Shown: piece by piece, positions 17,081-27,570 of the stretch
How positions within the stretch are numbered: the stretch's first letter is position 1
Layout: each line of letters begins with the position of its first letter
NCBI GenBank assembly: GCA_963842525.1
Contig: CAWJGT010000032.1
Span: 64,001-128,000, forward strand
Reading direction: 5' to 3'
Source of the DNA: an uncultured Holophagales bacterium
GTDB taxonomy: Bacteria; Acidobacteriota; Thermoanaerobaculia; Multivoradales; UBA5704
DNA length: 64,000 nucleotides
Notes under the pieces: model-generated
What the model was told of the DNA's origin: nothing
The model's database searches: none
What the model saw: the letters and a program-made list of their open reading frames with translations, nothing else
Translations under genes and position numbers: made by a program

Positions 17081-17779
17081 TCAGGCGAGCACCTCCCGCG
17101 CCATCGGCGGCGGTATGGGGCTCTCCGGTGGATTCGACGGGCACCAGGCGGTCCCCGACTCCGCCTCGACTCTCTGCATGGCCTCCGCGAGCATCGGACG
17201 GGTGATCACGGTGCTTCCGGTCTCGCTGGCCCGCAAGGCGGCGCAACGGCCGATGGCGCGGAGCCTCTCCAAGACCTGGACCGCCTCGTTGTCCCAGGCA
17301 TGGAGCACGAGGTCGTCGATCCTCGGGCCGTAGCGCTCGCGGAGCGCCCGGCAGCCCGCCTGGGCGACCCGGACCGGCCCGGTGCCCTGGCCGAGGGCGA
17401 TCAGGAGCAGGGAGAGGACGTCCTCCGGGGTCTTGGCGCCGCGGTCTGCGGAGGGACCGGCCGCCTGGGGGTCCGGAGGGCAGCGCTCCGTGTCCGAATT
17501 GATCTCGACCCTCTGCGCCGAAGCCGTGACCTCGGCCGCAGTGACCTCGATCTTCCCTTCCGACGCTGTCCGGGCGGCCGCCAGGCGGCCGATCGCCCGG
17601 ATGCGCTCGAGCACCTGGACCGCCTCCTTCTCCCAGCAGGCGATCAGGTCCGCGTCGATCTGTGGAGAGTAGCGGTCGCGGAGGCTGCGGCACGCGTCCA
17701 GCGAGACGCGCACCGCGCCGGTCCCCTGGCCGAAGGCCAGGTAGACCTGGGAGAGGATTCCTTTCGTCGTGTAAGGCAT
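17081..17779 (-). CDS. Tandem-duplicated helical domain protein, histone-fold-like
   Basis: Two ~100-aa repeats 'GQGTG.VRV...C R.LR.RY...W..EAVQVLER.RAIGR.AA..(A/T)...G...(V/I)T'; AGGAGG RBS before ATG 17779. Confidence 0.7.
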   Translation of the reverse strand: MPYTTKGILSQVYLAFGQGTGAVRVSLDACRSLRDRYSPQIDADLIACWEKEAVQVLERIRAIGRLAAARTASEGKIEVTAAEVTASAQRVEINSDTERCPPDPQAAGPSADRGAKTPEDVLSLLLIALGQGTGPVRVAQAGCRALRERYGPRIDDLVLHAWDNEAVQVLERLRAIGRCAALRASETGSTVITRPMLAEAMQRVEAESGTAWCPSNPPESPIPPPMAREVLA

Positions 17780-17873
17780 GGGACCTCCTGGTTCATCCGC
17801 TCCCCTGGATCTGTATACGGACGGCGCCGTGGGACAGTTGCGTCCCCGCGGCCGTCCACGACATCTTTGCGTC

Positions 17874-18680
17874 ATGGCGACGTATGCGATCGGCGACATC
17901 CATGGCTGCTACGACACCCTGCAACGCCTCCTGCGCCGCATCCAGCTCGACCTCCGGGAGGACCGGCTCTGGCTCGTGGGCGATCTGGTCAACCGCGGGC
18001 CGCGCTCCCTGGACGTCCTCCGCTGGGCCGTGGACCTGGGCGACTATGCCGTGACGGTGCTCGGCAACCACGACCTCCATCTCCTGGGCCGCGCCCTGGA
18101 GGTGTCGCCCGTCAAGCGGCGGGACACGCTCGACGAGGTGCTCGACGCGCCGGACCGCGATGACCTCCTCACCTGGCTCCGGACGCGCCCGCTGCTGCAT
18201 CGCGAGAACGGCCGTGTCCTGGTGCATGCCGGGCTGTTCCCACAGTGGACGGTGGAGAAGGCCGAGAGCCTGGCCCGGGAGACCGAGGCCTGGTTGCGCG
18301 GGGACGACGCGGCACGGCTGGTGGAGACGACCGACAGGAAGATCCCGGAACGCTGGCAGAAGGGCCTGGAGGGTTTCGACCGCGTGCGGGTGGCCCTCGC
18401 CGGCTTCGCCAAGCTCCGCACCCTGGAAGCCGACGGCCGCATGTGCGCCGACTTCAGCGGTCCGCCGAAGGACGCCCCCAAAGGGTGCCGCCCGTGGTTC
18501 GCGGTGCCGGAGCGCCGGAGCGCCGGCGCCTACGTGATCTTCGGCCACTGGGCGGCGCTGGGCCTCTGGCTCGACGACAACGTCGCCGGCCTCGACACCG
18601 GTGCCGCCTGGGGACGGGAGCTGACCGCGTTGCGGCTCGACGACGGCCGGGTGTTTCGGGAGCGGGCGGTGGAGGGGTGA
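17874..18680 (+). CDS. apaH: Symmetrical bis(5'-nucleosyl)-tetraphosphatase
   Basis: 'MATYAIGDIHGC', 'GDLVNRGP', 'LGNHDLHLL', 'VHAG', 'FGHWAALG', 'LDTG'. Confidence 0.93.
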   Translation: MATYAIGDIHGCYDTLQRLLRRIQLDLREDRLWLVGDLVNRGPRSLDVLRWAVDLGDYAVTVLGNHDLHLLGRALEVSPVKRRDTLDEVLDAPDRDDLLTWLRTRPLLHRENGRVLVHAGLFPQWTVEKAESLARETEAWLRGDDAARLVETTDRKIPERWQKGLEGFDRVRVALAGFAKLRTLEADGRMCADFSGPPKDAPKGCRPWFAVPERRSAGAYVIFGHWAALGLWLDDNVAGLDTGAAWGRELTALRLDDGRVFRERAVEG

Positions 18681-18915
18681 CAGGAAGCAGGTCGAGAATC
18701 AATCAGGGGCACCGAGCGCCCGCCAGGAATAAGTCGCCCATGCCGAGGGTAGGGTGAGTGAAAAGCCGGTTGCCTTTGGGTTGCCTTGGTGCCAGGGGCT
18801 CCTCTATGATTTCAGTGTTCCTGATTTGATCTTCCGATAGCCAAGGCGCCTCGACCCGAACCCCTCGCCCGTGGGAGGGGAGAGGTCTGTAGCACGGCTG
18901 TTATTAGGAGGGACG

Positions 18916-21900
18916 ATGGAGGAGCGTCAACCGGATTTGCAGCGCCTGGAGTTTGTCCGCTGGCTCGCCGAATGCCAGAGAAACAACTCCATCGCAGTCG
19001 CCAAGAGCTTCAGGGTCGATCCTGACTGGCTGCAGGAAGCAAAGCTCAAATACCACGCACAGAGCTGGAGCTACCACGAGCTCCGGCTCGCCTACGAGCC
19101 GCGGAGCCTCGCGGTAACTCCACAGGGTGGCCAAGTGGCCGTCGGAACCAAGGCGGGCCAGATCCTGCTCGCGAGATGGGATGGCGAAGCCTGGCAGGAG
19201 CTCAGTGTCCCGGCTGAGAAGCTCTGGGGGAACTGGACCAACGAAAAGCCGCCGGGCTCGCCCAGTGCCGTCCGCGGCCTGCTCTTCCTCGACGATCATA
19301 GGCTCGTCGCCGGCTGGGGCTGGGGTGGCTACAGCGTCGTCGATGTCCCGCCGCAGGGTCAGATGCGGGTGGCCAACCTGCCGCAGGAGAAACTGCCCCA
19401 TGACAACTGGCAGGTCGAGGCCCGCCGATTCACTCGGCTGATCCATCTTTTTGACCCGCTGGGCTCTGTGCCTACCGCCGGAGGCCTCATCGTGGGGATC
19501 ACTAGGAAGGGGGATCTCTACGTCCTCGAGAGCACCGCGGCTGGAGGCTATGAGAGCGGCCGCCGGGAGCCCGAAGAGGTTTTCCCGAACTGGGACCGGA
19601 GCAAGGGAAGGGTCGTTGACGGCCTTTGGATCCACGGCTATCTCTGGCTCCTCACGTCCCGGGGGCATCTGCTCCAGCTCAATCGTGGCCGAAACCTCGT
19701 CTTCGAACGCTCTGACCCGGTGGATCGTCCGAAACGTGACGCCGTCTTCCGCCGCTTGGCAGCCTGCGAGGCGGGTCTGGCAGTGCTGGCGGCCGAGAGC
19801 GTCACCTTCCAGTGGTTTTCCTGGAAGCCCGGGCGCGACCATCCGGAGATCGACGCGACGGCGCCGCGGTGGTTTCACATTTCAGGCGCCATGGACTGCA
19901 GCGCCTGCCTGCCGTATCCCGTGCTGGGCGACCCCCAGCAGGTCTATTTCGACTGGGGCAAGGGGAAGAATCCGGTCTGGATCGTGGTCTCGACGGACGA
20001 GCCCGGCCTGCGCTGGATCTCCTGGAGCCGGCCGGAGCGCTCGTCCCCAGAGAGCCCGGGGAGCGAAGAGGCCCAGGGCTGGCCGACTGCCGCCGCGGCG
20101 AGCTTCACGGTGGTCGAGGGGGGGAGAGTTTTGTATGTCGGCGTCGGGCGGCCTGCGCCGGCCACCTCCGCGAGCCCCCACGCCACCCCCTTCCTCGTCT
20201 GTGGGACTCGTGACCAGAGGCTCGTCATCGCGTCCGTGCTCGACCGTGACACGTGCGACGCCGAGCTGAAAAAGCAGATGAAGTGGCTGTCCGAGCAGGA
20301 TGGGGAGGAGCGGGATAGGAAGAAGCGGGAGCGCCTGTGGAAAAAGGCGAACGGTGTCCGCTGGTGGTGCCTTCTGCGCCGCATCCAGGACGACTTCGGT
20401 CTCCTCCTGGATGATGATGAGCCCGGTGTTGCCGAGAGGGCACTCGACGCCGCCGATCTGCTGGACTGCACGGAAAAAGGTAACCTCCGTTATCTCGCCG
20501 TGTTCCTCGTGCGGTCGAGAAATCAGAAAGGAAAGGGGGTGGATGCTGACTCCGTGCTCGCGCGGTGGATGCCGCGCCTGCTCCGGCGAGCCAACGAGCT
20601 TGGCCCCGAGGTGGATCTGGAGATCGCCCGCCTCCTGTACACGAGCCTGCAGAGGGGGGCCGAAGAGCACAACGACGACAGCCTTGGCGCATTGGCCGGT
20701 TTCGTACGCAAATGGGTGGTCCACGGCCGGACCTACGCCGAGAAGAAGTCCAACCTGCTCGAGATCTATCAATGGAACCGTGACTGCGGCCGGAACCTGG
20801 ATGCGCTCGTCTATCTGACTCGGCTCCTGCGCCAGCGCACCGACCATCGCTGGGAGGCGGCTCCCCCGACAGGCCCCTGGACGCCGACGGTCTGGAGCCT
20901 GGCGACGACTCAGAAGGAAGAGCTCACGTTCGTCTCCCTGGCGGACGGCGCCCTGTGCGCAATCACGAGTGACGGGAAAGTCGTTCCGTGGCAGGACGAC
21001 GCAGTCGACCTCTCTCTCCATCACCTGCTCAAGACGGCAGGCGGGCTGCGCCTTGAACGCAGCGACGCACGGAAGTTCGAGGAGAAATACCAGCACGGAC
21101 CGTACGCTCGCTCCCTTTGGCTCACATCGCTTTCGGCCGGCGGGGGCGAGTATCTGCTCGCTTTCTGCCTGAAAGGCTGGCGCCGCCAGGAGCGGCTGGA
21201 GCACCCGCACAAGCGCGGCCCCATCGTTTACGTCCTGCGCCTCCGGCCGCATGTCGATGGCGTCAAGATCATGGCGGTCGGGTCCGCGGGGGTCTGCAGC
21301 GAGCTCTATTCGCTCTGCGAGATCGAGAAGCTCCAGTCAGGGGGCGGACCGCCGGTTCCTCTTGGTCGCCGGTACGAGCGGGAGCTGGGCCGAGAAGGAC
21401 GACGACGCGAAAACCTGGTCGCCTTGGCCCTTCGTCGAGGTCGAAATCAGGATGCAGGATGGCCCCTTGTCGGTCAAGGCCATTCCGGTCAAGATCGACC
21501 GCTTCAAGGAGAGCGAGCGCAGCGTCTTCCGCCAGGAGACCGTCATTCCGGAGTCGGCCTACAACCCTTGCTGGGCGATCGTGCGGTCCGCAGTCGAGGG
21601 GGAGGCTGGTGGGCCGCCGGAGACCTGGATCTGGGCCGGCTTTCAGGACGGCAACATCCGCGGCTACTGCCTGGGGCATAGCGAGCAGAGCGGCGAGCAG
21701 AGGAGATGGGTCGAAGGGGGCGGCACGACGCCGTCCCGGCGCGGGCTCCAGGTGACGGGTGCAGTCTGGCGGCTCCACGCCTTTAAGGGGCAGGCCGGCA
21801 AGCCCATGCTGGCCTATGGGACCGGCGACGGCGTCGTCGGGGCCGTCTTTCTGGAAGATCTGAAGACCAAGAACCAAGGCGAGCCGGTTGGCTTTCTGAT

Positions 21901-24900
21901 CCATTCGCGGGAGGGGAGCCCCATCAGCGGGCTGATGGACTTCGAGGACTCCGAGGACGGAAAGCCCCTGCCCTACCTGATGTCCGTGACCCAGGATGGC
22001 GTTGTCTCCATCTTCAGCCTCGACTATCACCTCTGGAGCCGCTCGGACGCCGAGCCTCACCGCCGGGGGTTCAGGTTCCACTATCCCGGCCTGCAGGTCG
22101 ACCGTTTTCGGGTCGCATGCGCCACCAGGGTGGCCTCCTGGTTCGGGCCACACCGGGGGCTGGACGCCGCAGCTCCCGAGAGGCGGCCCCAGCTCCTGCT
22201 CGGCAGCGCGGACGGCCGGGTTCACAGATACCAGCTCGAGCTGCCTCTGTACAGTGAGCGCCGGCGCGGCAGGGTCCCCGAGATGAAGGAGCTGATGGAG
22301 GCCGCGAAGCAGGGGCGGCCGGTGTCCTTCATTGTCCCCTGCGAGGAGGACGTTCCGGCGTCCGTCGGCTCCGGGTCGGCAGGGATCCACCAGTGGCTGC
22401 GGGTCCTTCACACCGGCGAGGAGCTGCTCCGCTTCTCGATCTGGTATGAGCTGCGTCAGGCCGGCAGGTTCCTGGACGAGATCGGAAATGATCAGAAAGC
22501 GGCGTTCAACGGCTATATGGACACCATCCGCCGTCTTGCCTCCGAGATCTACCGCCGGCACCCCTTCAGCAAAGAGCCGGCGAAGATGATCTGGCACGAA
22601 GCGGGCCGGATCGCGACGGAGATCGCCCTTGCGGCCTGCAAGCGTTCAGTCTTAGGCGCTGAGCCGGACCCTCGGCTGAAGATGCTCCTGGAGCAGTACC
22701 GCGAGCTGAACATCCTGCTGTCCGATCTCTGTAATCGCTGGATCGGCGTCGGCCATTCGCTTGAGTCGACTGTGCTCATCCATAGTTTTAAGCACATGTT
22801 TGACTGGACGGCGGTCATCCTGCTTGCGACCGACCAGCAGCCGCGGGACGTGGCCAACGACGTTCGTCGAATGCTGGTCTACACCCTGATCCAGAGGCGC
22901 CTCAATTTCGTCGACTACGTGGTCCCTCTGGAAACGATGCGGGCGATCAACACCGCCATCCTGCGAGCTATCGCCAATAACCGGAAAGGTGGCAAGGAGG
23001 GGATCGAGCCGCGGCGCTTCGTGATTGTACCGCCAGGAGGAGAGGAGACAGGGGCCGGACATGCCACAGGGTTCTTCGACCTGATGACCATCGTCGGCGA
23101 TCTGTGGGAGCGCCTCTCGGACTCCCTCTCCCCTGCGGATCCGCTACTCAGCGAGATAGTCCGGTTCTTCTCCCTGAGCCTGCTGCTAGTGCCCGACAGC
23201 GCCCTCTTGACCGGCCAGGTGGTGAGTGAGAGCCGCCTCACAGAGAAGGGCACCGGGCTGGCCGACCTGATTCTCCACGAAGCCAAGACATTGCGGAAGG
23301 AGTTCCAAGAGCAGGGGTGGAAAGAGGACAAGGACCAGAGCGTGCTTCTGAACCAAGGGCTTGCACGTTATCACGCCTATTTCCAGCAGAGCGCCGACTT
23401 TTCGATCGTCGATCCCGAGACGGGGATCCCCGAGAGGCGGAGCGACAGCCGCACCGGCGCAGGAGAGGACAAGGGAGAGACATCGTGGGGCTTCTTCGCC
23501 CGGGAAGCGGAGGACCTGATCGCCAAGGGAAAGGGAAAGCTGGGCCTCTTTTCCGACGAGAGCATGCTCTCTGAGCAGTACCAGGTGATGCAGGCTGCCG
23601 CTTGGCTCTCGGACCTGCACCGGCCGATCGTTCGTGAGGACGGTCGCGAGGGCTTTCAAGAAGCTCGCCGAGTGGTTCCAGCAGGAAGAGCGCTACTACG
23701 CGGGAAAAATCTCACGAGCGGAGCTTGAAACGTTCCTGCCCAACCTCCCCAAGCCCCTCCACTGGCCCTTGGCGCCATGGAGCGAGACTAAGTTCTTCAA
23801 CCATTCCAAAGAATATCTGCGGAGGCTCGCGAAGGTGCGGCAGGAGGTCCGCAAACTGGCGCGGCTCGTCAAGGGAGCGTCGGCGGCGCCGGTGGACGAC
23901 GGGAGGTCTGCCATCCAGGCCGCCATCGACCTTTGCGATAAGACCCTCGCGGAGCTTCCGCAAGCCTACCTTTTCCGCCCCAAGCGCGACCACTACGAGC
24001 AAGTGATCCGGCGATGGCGCAATCAGCTCGTGAAACAGGCCCACGAGGCAATCACCGTCCTCGACATGCTCGATCAGTTCAACCGACACGTCTACAGGAC
24101 GTCCGCGGACATCCTCATGGATAACCTCGTCAATCTCTCAATGCAGGTGGCTCCCATTTCCTACGTCGAAAAGGTAGGCAATGATGAGTGGCAGCAGACC
24201 TGGCAGCAGGCCTTGGAGGGCCCGCTTCGCTTGCTCCTTCACCGCAGGCTGCGCGGCCATCCCCTGGTCCAGCAGGTCTTCGAGACTGGCGAGAGGCTCG
24301 TCGAGAGCACCCATCTGGCGGGCGCGCTCCTCACGGTGGCTCGCGACTATGTAGGCAAGCCCGGCGAGCTCGGCCGCCGGCCGCCGACCGCCCGGGTCGT
24401 CAGCATGGGCGAGATCAAAAAGAGCATGGAAGAAGCGGCCCGCCGGATGGGAATCCGTGGGGACGAGACGTGGACGATCGGCGCCGGGCTCCGGGACCGG
24501 AAAGCGCCGGGGAGCCCCGCCATCTGGGAGCTGATCGCTCAGGAATTCGCCACGAACATCGCCAAGTACTCCCAGATCGACCTCAGCGCTTCCCAGAAAC
24601 CGGAGCGCGTCCTCATGCGGGCCGATGTGCAGGAAGACCATGAAGGCCGCCTGTATGTGCTGATCGCGGCCAACGTTCCCTATCTGTGGACTGTGGGCGA
24701 CAAGGAGCGCAAGCGGTATGAACGGGATCTGGCGTCCGCACAGGCGGTGGAGGAGATTGAGCAGAATCTCCAGAGCTTTCTTCACGCCCGTGAGCGCGGG
24801 CATGACGACGATCGGGGAGCCGGCATGGGCCTCTACATGATCGACAAGATTACCGAAATGTGTGACATTCAGACGCAGCTTCTGCTTTTCAATCCCGATG

Positions 24901-25001
24901 AGAAGGTGAGCGGCGCCGCCGGGGAGATCACACCGCAGGAAAAGCTCGGGTATCCGCTCTGTCTCTGTCTTTCCTGGAAGGAGGAGAACGGCCGTGGGTG
25001 A
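18916..25001 (+). CDS. Giant cytoplasmic WD40/beta-propeller sensor histidine kinase (about 2,000 aa; two apparent frameshifts)
   Basis: AGGAGG-ATG 18916; three ORFs join across a G run at ~21340 and at ~23635; WD-like blades; candidate H-box 'NRHVYRTS', N-box 'QEFATNIAKY', G2 'GAGMGLYMI'. Confidence 0.7.
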
Positions 25002-26712
25002 GGAGGTGAAGGCGGCGCTTCTGCGCGCCGCCTGGGAGTATGGGAAGCTCGGTCTGCTGGTGGACGACTCGGCCGAGAGCTCGACTCGATTGGCGCGGGC
25101 GATCTATTGCAGCGAGGCGCTTCCTCGGTGGTGGATGCAGGTGTGCTCTCTGGACTGTGCCTGCAAGGCTCTGGAAGCGCTCGAGGAGATCCTGCGCGAT
25201 TCGGAGTTCGGCACTCTGCGCGGCCTCGTGGTCATCGACCGCTACCTCCCCCTCCATTGCGGCGGAGGCAAGGCCATCCCCTGGGATTGGGCCGATTACC
25301 CTCGCAACGAAAAAGAGAGAGCCGTCACTGAACGGCTCCGCGAGAGGGTGGGGGCTGTCAAGAGCACCGAGCTCGGAACCAGCAAAATCGGTCCCAAGCT
25401 CGCCTGTCATGTGCTCTTCGTGACGAGCTTTCCGGCGATCACCGCGAGGACGGCACAGGCGGACGAGAGCGCTGTCAAGTGGCAGACCCGCAGCGTCGAG
25501 CTGCTACAGGAGGAGCGTCGCAAGATCCAGAAGAGTGACCAGTGGAATGTGCTTCTGCGCTTTGGACCGGAGGAGGCAGCCCGGATCAAACAGGACACTC
25601 CTCCCAAAGACCTCCTGGACAAGAACCGCGCCGCGGAGGCCAAGTGGCGCGCCAGGACTTGGCGGCGGAACATTGAGCGAGTCGCCCAACTGCTGAAGAA
25701 CAACGATCCCGTGATCCTGCTCACCGGAGCGGGGGCGTCTCTGGCCGTAAGCCCGACAGCCCCAGGGATGCCCTCGACGCACCGGCTCCTCCAGGAGGCC
25801 TGCGAGCGCGTCCGAAAAATCCGCATCGACGAGGACAGGGGGCGCGGAACCCTGCCGGACGCCGACTGTGCCTGCCAGGCTCGCAGCGCTCCGGTGTTCC
25901 AAAAAAGGGAGGAGTGGAAGCGGGACTCCGGCAAGGCTCCGATCGATTGGCTGGTGGATCAGTCGATGACAAAGGATGGCGTTGCCGGCGTTGACTGGAA
26001 ACTGGAAATCCTTTTCTCGCGAGACGAGCACGACCGGCTGAAGGGAAAGGTCAGCTTCGACGACTTCCATAACGCCTTTCGCGATGCCCTTCACCGCTGG
26101 GACTTCGGTGTTGCCTTCCAGCACTGGATCCTTGCCCGGCTTCGCTGGTCCGGCATCGTCACTACTAACTTCGACGCCTTTCATGAGCGCGCGACGGCTG
26201 AAGTGGTCACACTGCCCTGGCTGAAAGTGGAAGATCGATTGTCCTACCTGAGCCGGGGCATGCTGGTGCCCATCCCCTCCTCAGATGTAGACCTTCCGAA
26301 GGGGGAGGGCAGATTGTTCAAGCCCTATGGGAACCTCTACTCCTCGGAAGGAACCTTGGCACTGGATTTCCGCCAGATCGAGTCATTCCAAAAATTCTTC
26401 CGCCGGGCGTTCGTTGGGGCGCTGAAGAGAGGAAAGGATATCCCGGGAGCCCTGGTCGTCGTGGGGCACTCGATGCGAGACGATTCGATTTGCCGAGTAC
26501 TCGAAGACAACGAGGAAAAGCTTCGGGATTTTGAACTCCTGTGGGTTGATCCGAGCGCGTACGAGCGCTGCTCGCAGAAGGAGGAAAAAGAGCGGACGGT
26601 TTGGGAGCGCTGGATCTGGGCCAGAGTTCAAGGCGACCCGCGCGGCGGGCCGGTGCCAGCCACGGCCCTGGAGTTTCTCAGCGATCTCTGGGCGAGGTAC
26701 CAGGAGCTGTGA
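24994..26712 (+). CDS. Receiver (REC) domain - SIR2-like domain fusion
   Basis: REC 'LLVDDS', 'VVIDRYLP', 'LFVTS'; SIR2 'ILLTGAGAS..GMPS', 'IVTTNFD', 'FKPYG', 'VVVGHSMRDDSI'; start overlaps the kinase stop. Confidence 0.78.
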   Translation: MGEEVKAALLRAAWEYGKLGLLVDDSAESSTRLARAIYCSEALPRWWMQVCSLDCACKALEALEEILRDSEFGTLRGLVVIDRYLPLHCGGGKAIPWDWADYPRNEKERAVTERLRERVGAVKSTELGTSKIGPKLACHVLFVTSFPAITARTAQADESAVKWQTRSVELLQEERRKIQKSDQWNVLLRFGPEEAARIKQDTPPKDLLDKNRAAEAKWRARTWRRNIERVAQLLKNNDPVILLTGAGASLAVSPTAPGMPSTHRLLQEACERVRKIRIDEDRGRGTLPDADCACQARSAPVFQKREEWKRDSGKAPIDWLVDQSMTKDGVAGVDWKLEILFSRDEHDRLKGKVSFDDFHNAFRDALHRWDFGVAFQHWILARLRWSGIVTTNFDAFHERATAEVVTLPWLKVEDRLSYLSRGMLVPIPSSDVDLPKGEGRLFKPYGNLYSSEGTLALDFRQIESFQKFFRRAFVGALKRGKDIPGALVVVGHSMRDDSICRVLEDNEEKLRDFELLWVDPSAYERCSQKEEKERTVWERWIWARVQGDPRGGPVPATALEFLSDLWARYQEL

Positions 26713-26799
26713 GCCGCGGAGTTCTCCGAGAATCCGGCTGTGAGGTTCCGCGCGTAGATTCGTCGATGGCCGCGGGAGGCCCGCGTGTCTGGAGCCCTC

Positions 26800-27570
26800 A
26801 TGACCGAAGAAGCCGTGCCCGACCAGGAGCCTGAGCCCGCCGAGCCTGTTCCGGTAGCAGCCGCGCCGGAGTCCGAACCTTCCCCTCCGCCGCCCGTCCC
26901 GGCGCGGCCTCTCCTGGTGCGCCGCCATCACTGGATCGTCCGCGCGACCCATTGGGCCAACGCCGTGCTGCTCGTCGGCATGATCGGGAGCGGGCTCCAG
27001 ATCTATAACGCGTTCACCCACTTCGGCCTGCGCGGCGACCCCTATCTGCCGAACCCCTGGGAAGGCCAGCCGTTCCCGGGCAAGGTCCGCCTGGGCGGCT
27101 GGTTGGCTGGCGGGCTCAACTGGCATTTCGCTCTTGCCTGGCCGTTCGTCCTCACCGGGCTGGTCTATCTCGTCTATCTCGCGGCCTCGGGGGAGTGGCG
27201 CTCGCTGCTCTTCCGGCCGAGCGACGTGCCGCGGGCCTGGCGGATGCAGCTCTATTACCTGCGGCTGCGCAAGGACCATCCGCCGCAGGGCAAGCACAAT
27301 GCCTTGCAGAAAGCCGCCTACACCTCGATCTTCCTGCTGGGGGTGCTGTCGGTGCTCAGCGGGTTCGCCATCTACAAGCCGGTCCAGCTCTCCTGGCTGG
27401 TGGTGGCGTTCGGCGGCTATGAGCTCGCCCGCTACTGGCACTTCTGGACCGTCTGGCTCTTCGTCGCGTTCTCGCTGGTCCACGTGGCGATGGTTTTCCT
27501 GGTCGATCCCGCGTCCCTGCGGGCAATGATCACCGGCAGATACCGGGGGAGGTTCCCGAGCCATGACTGA
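26800..27570 (+). CDS. Cytochrome b (Ni-hydrogenase cyt b-like) membrane subunit
   Basis: 'RHHWIVRATHWANA', 'WHFALAW', 'HNALQKAAY', 'WHF...LVHV' heme ligands. Confidence 0.88.
   Translation: MTEEAVPDQEPEPAEPVPVAAAPESEPSPPPPVPARPLLVRRHHWIVRATHWANAVLLVGMIGSGLQIYNAFTHFGLRGDPYLPNPWEGQPFPGKVRLGGWLAGGLNWHFALAWPFVLTGLVYLVYLAASGEWRSLLFRPSDVPRAWRMQLYYLRLRKDHPPQGKHNALQKAAYTSIFLLGVLSVLSGFAIYKPVQLSWLVVAFGGYELARYWHFWTVWLFVAFSLVHVAMVFLVDPASLRAMITGRYRGRFPSHD

Noticed and set aside
17874-18680. apaH as a third component of the kinase/REC-SIR2 system
   Set aside because: Canonical housekeeping-type sequence with host-like codon usage, separated by a 235-bp promoter-like gap; no evidence of linkage
18681-26799. 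Prophage or integrative element boundaries around the island
   Set aside because: No integrase, tRNA or flanking direct repeats found by eye
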